Positions 27,451 to 39,049 of a stretch of 47,595 nt of DNA are shown here, piece by piece. A program made the translations under genes and the position numbers. Each line of letters starts with the position of its first letter. Within the stretch, counting starts at the first letter, position 1. The stretch is taken from assembly GCF_001194135.2 (NCBI RefSeq), contig NC_068983.1, forward strand, positions 20,915,397-20,962,991, in the 5' to 3' direction. The notes under the pieces were generated by a model. The model saw nothing but the letters and a program-made list of their open reading frames with translations. It searched no databases and had not been told where the DNA came from. The DNA comes from Octopus bimaculoides (lineage: Eukaryota).

Positions 27451-28876
27451 AGAAATAAAACATAGGTGAGTTATAAGGGTGAATATGGAAACGGTCATGA
27501 GAAACGTGTTTAGGGTATATAATCTTGCATAGCTGATATCAGCTTCTGTAATGAACGCAGCCTTTAATTTCTATAATTGAGGTCGTTTGGCTGATTTCCA
27601 GTGAGATATGTTCCTTTGCTGTTAGCTAATCAGAGAAAGAAAGATACTGTAATCTTTAGAGGTCCTTTCATGCCGGCTAGATCGTTGTAATGGATGTATA
27701 TTTAAATATCTCAGTTTTCAGTAGAGGCAAGTAGATAGGGTATCGCTGAAGATGGATTATTTAGGGGAAGTATGATTGACTTCATTGTTTAAGGTTGAAT
27801 TGTATTTTTGTGAAAGCACATGAAGTATTACGAGTGGGAATGTGATGGGTCGTCTAACTGTTCATAGGTTGAGCAGAATATGAAGTTAAAAGGAGCAGGG
27901 AAGCGTTAGTCTGTTGCAGTATCATTAGAAGACACAAGGAACTGAAATAACTTGGCAAAGAACTGAAATAACTTCTCTTTAAAGTACCTCAAGCTCTAGT
28001 AGAAGAAATAGTGGAGGGAAATATCTCCCCACTAGAAAACGTCTTCGAATGCTTACAGCAGAGTAGACGAAGGGTGGAGGCCTTCACCTAAGTACTGTTG
28101 AGATTTGAAATCAGAACGCTGAGATTTGAAATTAGAACGCAAAGAGCAGGAATTAAATACCATAATTGTATCGGTGTTCTTACTGTTCTGTGTACCCACT
28201 AAATTGGAATGGGACATTTTAATTGAACCCGAAAGGAGCAAATTTGACGACCTTGGGATTTAAGAGTCTATAGATATAAAGCGTGACAATCTATCCGATT
28301 CCCCCCTCTTTACCCACTAAACACAATGATCTGAAAGCTTATCCTAAGCTTGTATTATATCCAGTGAAACTAAATTAATCTTCCTCATTCATATGTATAT
28401 ATATGGTAGAGGTTTGACCACAAGGATGTCAAATTCAGAACATTGACTTCATATCCAGATAAATTAGGGACTTGTTTGCTATCGGTTACTGGAGATGAAA
28501 ATAACATATGAATAACATAGCAGCCACCTGATATAGTTTTTACCTTAACTACCCTTAAATTTTCACAAATAAAATTCGTTCCCAGATTATTTTCACACAT
28601 ATACATATTTTTTGATATGTCAATGAAAGGAATTGGTGCTATTTCGGACTTGATATCCTATATGTTTGATATTTAATCTTAGTTACTCCTCTCATTCGTA
28701 TAAGAATTGATCGTATACGTACATAGTACTGAAAATGTAATATCCCGTTTTGCTCTACATATTTTAGTTATGATTAATAAATCTTGGCACATGCGCAGTA
28801 GATATGAAAAATTGCAACATATAAGCACGAGGCATGTTCTATGTACTGCCTCGTGTTTATATGTTAATCTTGGCTC

Positions 28877-28945
28877 TCCTGCTGACGATAGCTGGTTAGC
28901 AAATTATTTTATTTTGCTGAAAATAGCTTGAAACCATGGTTCAGG
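28877..28945 (+). ncRNA. Minimal type I hammerhead ribozyme motif, partly decayed
   Basis: Stem I tcctg(28877-81)/cagga(28941-45); CTGACGA 28882-88; stem II agct/agct plus ttagcaaa/tttgctga; GAAAC 28929-33; palindromic stem III ACCATGGT. The cleavage triplet is GUU and pair 10.1-11.1 is U-U, so activity is doubtful. Confidence 0.7.
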
Positions 28946-30961
28946 AAATAGATGGTAAATGTTTTTATTTTTCATTCCCTTTCGAAATTATCCCTAATTG
29001 TGGTTTGGAGTTTGACTGCTCCTTCTAACGGGTTAGATGTTCTATTATGGACATCTCTCTTATGTGTTTCAATGTACACTGTATGTATTTATATGTTAGT
29101 TATGATTTAAGCCGTTACTATATGAAACAGTTTATCAACGTTAATAGAAAACTTTCCACTTGGATTTACTTAAAAGACAGCTAAGTTTAATCTCTGCAAC
29201 AATTCACAAATTTCCTCCGCAAATTCCTTAATGTTCTCAAAAATTATGCGTTGGTCCCCTGAAGAGCTTTTATATTAAGTGATTATAGTTAAAATGAGCC
29301 ATCATAAGCTTTCAGCAATTATATTTATTTTCAAAAATATATAACGCTCTAAAAGGGGAAAGAAAATGTAAGCAAAATCTATGGAATGAGTGACAGAATT
29401 ATATTTTTGTGCATATTTCTTTGAAGTCTGGTTTAATAGCAAACAGCTGAATTTTCCTATCTGTCTAAGCATCTAATCTATGATAACGATTTTTCTTTTT
29501 CTTTTTGCATGTGCAGAAAATCTTGTTCCACTTAAATATGTAGATGGGAAGCGACAAAGTACTTTAATAACGTTGGCTGATAGCAGCAAATATTTTTCTT
29601 TCATAGTAAACCAAAATTCAGAGTATTTTAAATATGCTTCATAAAAAGCGGAATCTGAAGTGATGTTAATAAATGTTTCATATTCTGCCGCAAATAAATT
29701 TGCTGGTCTTCGTTACAAATTTAATGGATCGTTAATCTATGCTTCATTTTGTAACGTGATGCATTGATTATTTGGAAAGCATTTGCTTACAGAATTATAT
29801 ACATAGTCTAAATGTAGATTCACGCCATTAAAATGCATCGATAATTCATTTGCACTGGTGTCACTAATCCACTTAGTTCGATATATCTTTCAGAAATTGT
29901 AATTTCATGTTACCTGCTCACTTTGCTATGAAGAGTTTACTTCATCTATTTGGGAAAAAATGTCAACCAAGTCGGAGCAACTACAGCTTGTCACCATTGT
30001 TATGCTTCACAGAAAAAAGAAACTTGATGACCCATTTCTTAGTTCAAAGTCTAACATTAAAACCTTTCCACAAGATAGTAATTGTATTTCGCTATGCAAT
30101 TGAAAGATTTTGTGGGTCTTTCTCATTTCCTTTTCACAGGTCATTACAGAAAGGTTAGGTTTCCACAGAATTAATAACTTTACTGCGTTATCAAGAACCG
30201 TGATATTTTTTAAGGCAACAGCAAGATGATGCAATTTCAATGGCGATATGTACAGTTATGATAACAAATCAATTTTATCGATCTTATATTTTACACAATC
30301 AGCACAGATATATGTACAATTACTCCACGGTAGAATGTTAGTTTTAAAGATCTCAGTAATCTGAACAACTTCACTGCTACTTATAGTGCCCAGCAAATCT
30401 TGCTAAAGAGCAAATCTTCTTCAATTTTTCGTTGATACGGAAACCTAAAAAAAAAAAAAAAATTAACAATTCCAGAAAAAACTATTGATTTATCTACTCA
30501 CTTGGTAAATTTAAAATTTTGATGACGAGTTACTAGCTCTGTGCTAATTGATAATATTTTTTAAACCGATCATGTTATCTTTATCAACAAGAACTGGAAC
30601 CATCGTGACTTATTTCATTCACTTTTCACTCAGCAGGGATTCACATATATCTGCAACAGAAGTATTTGCATGTTGCTTAACTATTTTTAATACTACTCCA
30701 GTAAACGTGATGCGAGAATTTCCTCTCTAAGAAGTGTTTATGCTTTTGTTAATTTTTTGATTATGTGTATGAAATGTAGTAAATGAGTTTATGCCTTTGG
30801 TTAAGTTCATGACAACTGTAAAAAGTATATAATATATACAGTAATCCCTCGACTATCGCGGGCGTTACCTTCCAAACCTCCACGCGATAGGCGAACATCC
30901 ACGAAGTAGAAACAGTACTGTACTGTATTTTTCATTTTATTTCTATAATTTGTATATATCT

Positions 30962-31294
30962 TAAATCTCTCTGAGAGATTTAGAAATGTGATATTTCTAA
31001 TTTTGGTAACCAGTGAATATATTTCACTGTGATTATATATGTTGCGAGAGCTTGACAGACTTCTTCAGCCAGCTGGTCATGCTACTTCAGGCTGATGACG
31101 AACAAAGACTCAGAAACATGTCCCTGAATGCTGGCTAGGCTGGGTGAAGGCGTTTGTCTCCCCCTCGCAAACATAAGGACACAGTAATTGTGTCAAGGCC
31201 GACAGGAAGCGGTCCAGCTTCCTAGGGCGAAACGGCTGTAGTATATTCCCTTATTGGGATTGTCACATTAAGTTGACAATATACAACAACTTTA
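30962..31294 (+). mobile_element. Small structured retroelement (retrozyme-like or solo Penelope pLTR) with 12-bp TSD
   Basis: Flanked by the direct repeat TTGTATATATCT (30950-30961 and 31295-31306). Contains at least 7 hairpins and an HHR core. Confidence 0.7.
31086..31128 (+). ncRNA. Minimal type I hammerhead ribozyme motif with decayed stem II
   Basis: Stem I ttcagg/cctgaa; CTGATGA 31092-98; GAAAC 31113-17; palindromic stem III ACATGT; GUC triplet 31120-22. Stem II (cgaacaaagactca) pairs poorly. Confidence 0.7.
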
Positions 31295-32840
31295 TTGTAT
31301 ATATCTATCTTATTATAAATGCAAAACAACACAACAGAGAAATCGATGTAAGCTTAAATAATAAACCGTGATATGTGAACCGCGATATAGCGAGGGATTA
31401 ACTTAATATTTCTCACTTCTCAACGTTTAGCCTCTCAATGACGTTGTACCTTAACTGGGACAAAAGCCATGTTTGATCATGCTTTCTGGGATAATATTCA
31501 ATAAGGCGAATCAATAAAGGCTATAAAACCGAGAGAAAGATATTCATGTTTGAAAGTATACAAAAAAAGAGCTAATTCATTTTTTTTATTATTCTTAGCC
31601 CAAGTCTCTGTATAAATACTTAACCTGTCACTGGCAGTCGAAATTTTATAAGTGACAGGATATATCAAGACAGGGTTACATTTATAACCAACAAAATTCA
31701 GGTAGGAGGAGCTAGAAAGCTATTATTTATGACGTATTTACGATCCTGTTTAATGTGATTCAGTGTATCTAGAAACATAAGAACTGCAAAGGAATTAGAC
31801 ATGAGGAGAGGATGAAACGTGGGAGTGAAGTTAAAATATTTCATGACTTTCCTGACAGTTTCATAGGCAAACGAACTAACAACAATGCTATCACGTGAAA
31901 AGCAATGACAACAAATGTTTATCAACACCACCACCAACAATAACAACAACATTGATATCAACGTCACCAGCAACACAATAATAAATTGTTAATTAGCGAT
32001 GGATACTCAAATTTCTGGTGCTAGGGGAATTAACGCTGTAATTGAAGCTGATGAAATCCTTAAATCAAATTCTGACATCTATTCCATTAGCCAATAATGT
32101 ACCATGTATCACGCTGGTTTCTTAATTAGGAAAGAAACCATAGGCTAGTAGGGTCATATGTATGCTCTACCCAGGTCATACTGGCAACTTTCAAGTGGGT
32201 ATAGTATGTGAGAACAGAGGGATCTAACAGGAAGCCGCACCAAGAATTCGAGTGAACACAATACAAATTGTGTAATATAAATGTATGTGTATCAGCGTAC
32301 GTGCGTGCGTGGGCGTATAGGACGGATCTTCGTCGGTTACCAGGATACGAATTCAACTGCTTAATCAAGTGAGTTGCTTGGACGTTGAATTACCAAGTGT
32401 CCAAACATATTCTATAATCGCGTGCACGTACACACACTCACACACACTCACACACACACATACTCACACGCACTCACTTTAATTCACGGACTGCCTTTAA
32501 TTCAGGGCCACACCAGACACACAAGTGCATCTTTAATTCACATTCAGACAGAATCTGACTGACTTAATGTTTGACCAAACTATACCGTTGAATTACATGT
32601 ACCATATATCCGTGAGGCTTCAGCACAGTTTCTGTCTATACAACTTTATTCATTAGGCTTGGGTTGACCCGACCTTCAAGATGCCATCGTGGTTCGAGAG
32701 ATGACCTCAGCATCATAAGGTCGTGTGTTCGATTCTTGAAAATGGCGGTTTTATTGAGTGCTTGACTGAGGTACTTCATATTACTTTACTACTATGGTGG
32801 CGTAATCTTCTCGACTAGTGCTGACAGCAACTGCGTAAAA

Positions 32841-33926
32841 CTTTATTGGCACTCCGTCGCTTACGACGTCGTGGGTTCCAGTTGATCCGATCAACGGAAC
32901 ATCCTGCTCGTGAAATTAACGTGCAAGTGGCTGAGCACTCCACAGACACGTGTACCCTTAACGTAGTTCTCGGGGATATTCAACGTGACACAGTGTGACA
33001 AGGCTGACACTTTTAGGATCTATTTCAAAACGGGGGCACCAGTTTTCATTTATGTTTTATGTAGTGTTTTTGGTACCGAAAGACTTTCAAACTTCGTATA
33101 CTTATCTATTTTGTGTTATAGAACAGAAAAAAAATTTTGTATTCGAATTTATTTCATGTAAAAAATTGTCTTATTTCGATAATTTCTATTANNNNNNNNN
33201 NNNNNNNNNNNNNNNNNNNNNNNNNNNNNNNNNNNNNNNNNNNNNNNNNNNNNNNNNNNNNNNNNNNNNNNNNNNNNNNNNNNNNNNNNNNNNNNNNNNN
33301 NNNNNNNNNNNNNNNNNNNNNNNNNNNNNNNNNNNNNNNNNNNNNNNNNNNNNNNNNNNNNNNNNNNNNNNNNNNNNNNNNNNNNNNNNNNATAGATACG
33401 CACAGCGTAATTTATTATATAAACAATATATGCGTATAAATTACGATTAAACCGGATGAAATATGTCACAGGGAATAACATTTTTATAACCGCCCAGCAG
33501 TAACTCTATTGAGATGAATAGACGTCAGTGATTGGTTGAAATTACAGAAATACGACAACTTTAACATGGAATAACTTGCGACGTACGTTTTTTTGTTAAG
33601 AAGACTAAGAGTAAAAGATGTTTTATATGACACATTCTACCAGTGTCCCAAGTTTCAAAGTGTTTCGTTAGTGTTTCGTTAAGAAAATACCGGTGCCCCC
33701 GTTTTGAAATAGATCCCACTTTTGAATTACAGACACCACAAAAACAGGAAGTAAAAGTGAGAGAAAGTTGTGGTGAAAGAGTACAGCAGGGTTCGCCACC
33801 ATCCTCTGCCGCAGCCTCGTGGAGCTTTAGGTGTTTTCGCTCAATAAACACTCACAGTCTGGGAATGGAAACCGCGATCCTATGGCCGTGAGTCCGCTGC
33901 CCTAACCACTGGGCCATTGCGCCTCC
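32841..33926 (-). mobile_element. tRNA-derived SINE (type C head) split by a DNA transposon insertion
   Basis: Minus head ggaggcgcaaTGGCCCAGTGGttagggcagcggac...GGTTTCCATTCC at 33926. The body resumes left of the MITE (33007-32848). Confidence 0.85.
33016..33716. mobile_element. Non-autonomous DNA transposon with 25-bp perfect TIRs and 8-bp TSD (Merlin-like)
   Basis: TIR ggatctatttcaaaacgggggcacc (33016-33040) equals the reverse complement of 33692-33716. TSD cactttta (33008-15) and cacttttg (33717-24). GG termini with an 8-bp TSD suggest Merlin (inference). Contains a 199-N gap. Confidence 0.85.
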
Positions 33927-34607
33927 ACGCGTAAAAGTAAAAATGTTAAAAAACAGCACTAGCAACAACAACTACGTAAATAGCAAAACAATGTGGAAGT
34001 TAGCGAATATAAGATACTGAACGCTATTGATGAATTCATAAGAAGCAGCAGCGAAGTTGACCTCATTGCCATTAAAAGCCGTTTAAATGTGACACATACA
34101 TAGTAATCCTAGATAGAAGTGCTGGCACAAATGTTTTCAAAAGGCTGGAAATTATGATAGATTTCTTTGGGTAATTATAGTCAGGGGTTGAAAATCAATG
34201 ACGACAACAACTAGGGAGAATTAGCAATATCATAAAGTGCTAAAACAGAACCACAAAATCCTAAACACCACCTACAGCATCATGACCACCACCGCCTACC
34301 AAACCATGATCAGTAACAACATGAAAAGCAATAACGATGAAGCAAAGCAATGCCTTCATTAATATTCATTGAAACATCACACCCGTCTATATGGATTTGC
34401 GAAGTAGCAAGGATGTTTTTGCACAGTCACTCAACATTATAGAAATAGAAAACTCATTCCTCTGAAATAATGCTGCACAGTTTTTTAGTAAATCAATACA
34501 TAAATTAAAACAAAAAAGAAAGCAAGCTGATAGAATCGTCAACGAGCCAGGAAAATGCTTCGTAGCATTTCGTCCTGATTATGTGTATATATATATATAC
34601 GCATGTT

Positions 34608-34659
<52 letters not shown>

Positions 34660-34754
34660 TTGAGGCACCAGAATTTGGTAGGATAAAAACCAAAAACAAA
34701 ATCAAGAGATTTGGTGAATAAAATTTGAAGTTAAGCAACAAAAATTCAATAGGT

Positions 34755-34847
34755 TATAGCAGTACGTACGTTTCGTACAAGCTCCATTTATTCATGTAGT
34801 GAGAACACCACAGAAAATACAATGAAAATGTACTCCTCAGCTGCATA
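34755..34847 (-). ncRNA. Mirror copy of the hammerhead ribozyme on the minus strand
   Basis: Exact reverse complement of 35033-35125 except one stem II loop base. tcctcag (CTGAGGA on the minus strand) is at 34834-34840. Confidence 0.85.
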
Positions 34848-35032
34848 ATGGAATTTCATTTTAGAAAGTCATTTTGAAGATGTTTGCAAAAAACAAGAGT
34901 AAGAATTTAAAATCTAAATTCTTGTTTGATTCACTTGTCTGTGAAACAGCAGCATAGTCGAGATGTGTTTTCTTCTCTTACTCTTGTTTTTTGCAAACAT
35001 CTTCAAAATGACTTTCTAAAATGAAATTCCAT

Positions 35033-35125
35033 TATGCAGCTGAGGAGTACATTTTCATTGTATTTTCTGTGCTGTTCTCACTACATGAATAAATGGAGCT
35101 TGTACGAAACGTACGTACTGCTATA
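35033..35125 (+). ncRNA. Type I hammerhead ribozyme with intact catalytic core
   Basis: Stem I (tat)gcag/ctgc(t)ata; CTGAGGA 35040-46; stem II gtaca(35047-51)/tgtac(35101-05) with a 49-nt loop; GAAAC 35106-10; palindromic stem III ACGTACGT; GUA triplet 35115-17. Confidence 0.85.
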
Positions 35126-35220
35126 ACCTATTGAATTTTTGTTGCTTAACTTCAAATATATATATAAATATATACACTAACACACACACACACACACATA
35201 TATGTTTAAATTTTTAAACC

Positions 35221-35535
35221 CAACCCAAATGATGATAAAGGAGATCTGCGATCAGCTTGAGCGGCTTAAGTCAGCGCTAGAAGAAAAATGAGCAACTTTG
35301 TCTTCATCACGAAAGATGTTCTTTCATGAGTATTCTACTCGGCCATATATAGCGAGGATGACATTCCCAAGGCTGGAGCAGTTTGAAGGGAAACGATGCC
35401 CTGCCCACGATATTCGCCGCACATTGCCCCATCTGATTATCATCTATTCCGCAGTTTTCAAACTCATTTGGACAGAAAACATATTAATATTGTAGAAGAG
35501 GTCAGAACAGTACTGGAGGAGTATTGTTCGTCACG
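35221..35535 (+). mobile_element. Mariner transposase 3' fragment, inverted relative to the neighbouring copy
   Basis: aaatgatgata..ggagatctgcgat...agtcagcgctagaa...gggaaacgatgccc.gccca...gaggtcagaacag.actggaggagtattgt matches the reverse complement of about 35616-35945. Confidence 0.9.
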
Positions 35536-35545
35536 GTTTTTTTTT

Positions 35546-36555
35546 TTAGACTTCTTTTATATTTCATAGTTACAATGCTCTTCCATCTATCTGGCAGACT
35601 TGCAAGGTCCCTTCCAAAATTCACTTGTCCGTGACAAACAATACTCCTCCAGTCCTGTTCTGACCTCGTCTACAGAATTCATGTTTTCCGTCCGAATGAT
35701 TTTGAAGACTGACGAAGATATGATAATCAGACGGGGCAATGTGCAGCGTATATGGTGGGCGGGGCATCGTTTCCCATCCAAACAGTTCTAGCCTTTGGAA
35801 TGCCATCCTCGCTCTATGTGGACGAGCATTATCTTGACGAAAGAACACCTCTCGTCTTGAAGACAAAGTTGATCGTTTTCCTTCTAGCGCTGACTCAAGC
35901 CGCACAAGCACATCGCAGATCTCCGTTATCATCATTTGGCTTGGGTTTAAAAATTCGAAGGGTACTAAACCTTTCATATCCCACCAAGCGCATCACAACA
36001 CATTACGTGTTACGTGGGTGAAGACCTTTTTAGCTTAGGATGCCGGTCTTTCTCCTTTCTTCACCCACTGTCTTCGGTGCTCGACATTTTTATAGAAAAC
36101 CCATTTCTCGTCACCAGTCACTGTTCGGTCGAAAAAAGGTTCATCAGTGAGACTTGACAGCAGAGAAGAGCACCCAGTAACTCTCTGCGCAGACTCGAAA
36201 AGTTTGTGAAGAACATATTGACCCAATTTGCAGACTTTTCCGATGAGACGCAAGTGTCGATAAATGGTAGAATAACAAAATCCAAGCTTCTCTGCTAGTT
36301 CCTCAACAGTTACGATGGGATCTTGTTCCACCAGGGTTTGCAGGCCGTCCTCATCGATCTCTACAAATCTGCAGGACGATATCGTCTTCTAGGCTTTAGT
36401 TCCCGGCTCGGAATTACGCTTATTGTACGATCCCCATATACTGCATTAATATTCCTCACACTTACTGTTGCGTTCTTGCCTTCCTTGAACACATAATGCA
36501 AAATGAACTTTTAGTTCACGCAATTAAAAAAAAAACTGCCTTATTTATGGGATAT
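35546..36555 (-). mobile_element. Decayed mariner (DD34D-type) transposon
   Basis: Minus-strand peptides GKNAT...INAVYGD, TVEELAEKLG, TGDEKWVFY, QDNARPH and PPYTLHIAPSDYHIF match mariner HTH and D,D,D motifs. Frameshifted. Confidence 0.95.
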
Positions 36556-37177
36556 ATATATAAATTACAACGTGGAATATGTATATAAGCTATTGAAAAA
36601 GCAACGAAAATATTTTAACAAATCAAATTTAAATCTTCAAATGAATCTAACGGTTTTTGTGTGTGTGTGTGTTTTTAAATGGCTTCTAAACACCTTCCAA
36701 CGTGCAATTGTTTTTGTTTCAGCACACGATCTCAAATCAGGTCCTTTATAGATAGTTAGTGAATCAAATCCTAAAATCTTAACAATATTTATGCCTATAC
36801 CCAACTATCAACTCACTCCTGCCCTTCATTCTAAAAGACACTGTTCTCTAGCCTTAGATTTGGTAGTTGATTAAAAAATACTAATTAATTAAAATAAACA
36901 ACAATCCTTTACAAGCAATGACCTTAAAAAATTTCATACAGCTTTAGAAGTGTAGGTAGTATATACTTAGCTGCATTAGTAGGAACATGGACACTTTCCC
37001 TCTTCCTGCTGTATTAGAGAATTCGAGTGAAATTATACTAATGAGTCCAACTGATTATTTTTGCGGTTGAGGATAAGCCTGCATTTAAATTGATGTAATG
37101 ATTGCATTGTTCAATTGAATAAAGACGCTTGAAATGGTCGTACTGCATCACCTCGTGATATCCTGTTAATTATTTTG

Positions 37178-37264
<87 letters not shown>

Positions 37265-37983
37265 ATTANNNNNNNNNNNNNNNNNNNNNNNNNNNNNNNN
37301 NNNNNNNNNNNNNNNNNNNNNNNNNNNNNNNNNNNNNNNNNNNNNNNNNNNNNNNNNNNNNNNNNNNNNNNNNNNNNNNNNNNNNNNNNNNNNNNNNNNN
37401 NNNNNNNNNNNNNNNNNNNNNNNNNNNNNNNNNNNNNNNNNNNNNNNNNNNNNNNNNNNNNNNNNNNNNNNNNNNNNNNNNNNNNNNNNNNNNNNNNNNN
37501 NNNNNNNNNNNNNNNNNNNNNNNNNNNNNNNNNNNNNNNNNNNNNNNNNNNNNNNNNNNNNNNNNNNNNNNNNNNNNNNNNNNNNNNNNNNNNNNNNNNN
37601 NNNNNNNNNNNNNNNNNNNNNNNNNNNNNNNNNNNNNNNNNNNNNNNNNNNNNNNNNNNNNNNNNNNNNNNNNNNNNNNNNNNNNNNNNNNNNNNNNNNN
37701 NNNNNNNNNNNNNNNNNNNNNNNNNNNNNNNNNNNNNNNNNNNNNNNNNNNNNNNNNNNNNNNNNNNNNNNNNNNNNNNNNNNNNNNNNNNNNNNNNNNN
37801 NNNNNNNNNNNNNNNNNNNNNNNNNNNNNNNNNNNNNNNNNNNNNNNNNNNNNNNNNNNNNNNNNNNNNNNNNNNNNNNNNNNNNNNNNNNNNNNNNNNN
37901 NNNNNNNNNNNNNNNNNNNNNNNNNNNNNNNNNTATATATATATATATATACATACATAATACATACATACGTACGTACTCAC

Positions 37984-38082
37984 ATATCTCTACATTACAC
38001 AATAGTTTCATCGTGCTCCCATAGTTTGTGTTCAATAAACGTAAAGCAAGCAAACACTCATGTAACGATGATGACCTTCTGT
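37984..38082 (-). CDS. Candidate internal exon (99 nt, phase 1-1): (H)RRSSSLHECLLALRLLNTNYGSTMKLLCNVEI
   Basis: Minus acceptor gtttttcag| at 38085-38083 and donor AT|GTGAGT at 37983-37978. Open frame in unique sequence. No family recognised. Confidence 0.35.
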
Positions 38083-38606
38083 CTGAAAAACTGTTGAACT
38101 CTAATTATTTATTTGGAATTGGTTAAGGTTTTTATTGTATTGCTGCAACGTGAAACTTCTGCAAAACTTACTCCATCATTTACAGCCAAATTTTGCTTCT
38201 TTTTTTTTTTTTTTTTAGCTTTGCTTTGCCAATTCCGTTCATAATATATTGTTTCGAAATGATCACGGCATGATAAACCGAAATAACTAAATTAAACAAC
38301 ACAACGCTATTTCCAACAGATAGTAATTTCCCGCTGTATTCTTCTGTTTTCCGTCAACGTTACTATTACTCACATGTCCCTCACCATCCATCACCCTTTT
38401 TCTCCCCCACTCTCTCAAACTCTGTATATTTCTCTCTCTGTCTCTGTTTCTCCCTCTCTCTCTTTCTGTCTGTGAGTGGTTTTGTCTACATGTCTTCCTT
38501 TCTTTCCTTTCTGCCTCTCCTAATTTCTCGCGCTTTCTCATATGTTGATGTGCTTATCTGTTTGATACAGTCCAGCTGACATCAGTTTATAGGATATTTC
38601 TATAAG

Positions 38607-38671
<65 letters not shown>

Positions 38672-38993
38672 GCACGCACACACACACACAAGCACGCACA
38701 CATGTACGTATACTCCGTAACTAATACAAACATACATATATCTGTGCGTTCACATATATATATATATCTGCGTGTATATATATGTATGTATATATATATA
38801 TATACATACATATAGATAGATATATATATGTGTGCGTGTGTGTGTGTGTGTGTGTGTATGTATATATGTATATATATATATATATATATGCACATATATT
38901 TATATTTGTGTATACATATATACATATATATTCATATAAATCTATATATACATATGTATAGATAGAAATATATATATAGATATGTAGACATAC

Positions 38994-39049
<56 letters not shown>

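Larger units (their letters stand above)
30839..31403. mobile_element. Tigger/pogo-like MITE, interrupted by a 333-bp insert
   Basis: TA|cagtaatccctcgactatcgcgg (30839) and ccgcgatatagcgagggattaact (31380-31403) are imperfect TIRs of the TcMar-Tigger type. Confidence 0.75.
34655..35157. mobile_element. Penelope-like element terminal fragment arranged as an inverted duplication within (TA)n
   Basis: Arms 34723-34904 and 34976-35157 (182 bp, 1 mismatch), 71-bp spacer. Each arm carries a hammerhead motif. Both outer ends run into TA repeats. Confidence 0.8.

Noticed and set aside
26995-27498. Poly-Arg, poly-Glu and poly-Leu ORFs
   Set aside because: Products of the (AAG)n/(GGA)n microsatellite.
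31195-31245. Possible second hammerhead in the retrozyme-like insert (GAAAC-ggct-GTA)
   Set aside because: No CUGANGA and no matching stem I in this copy. Worth rechecking only on a family consensus.
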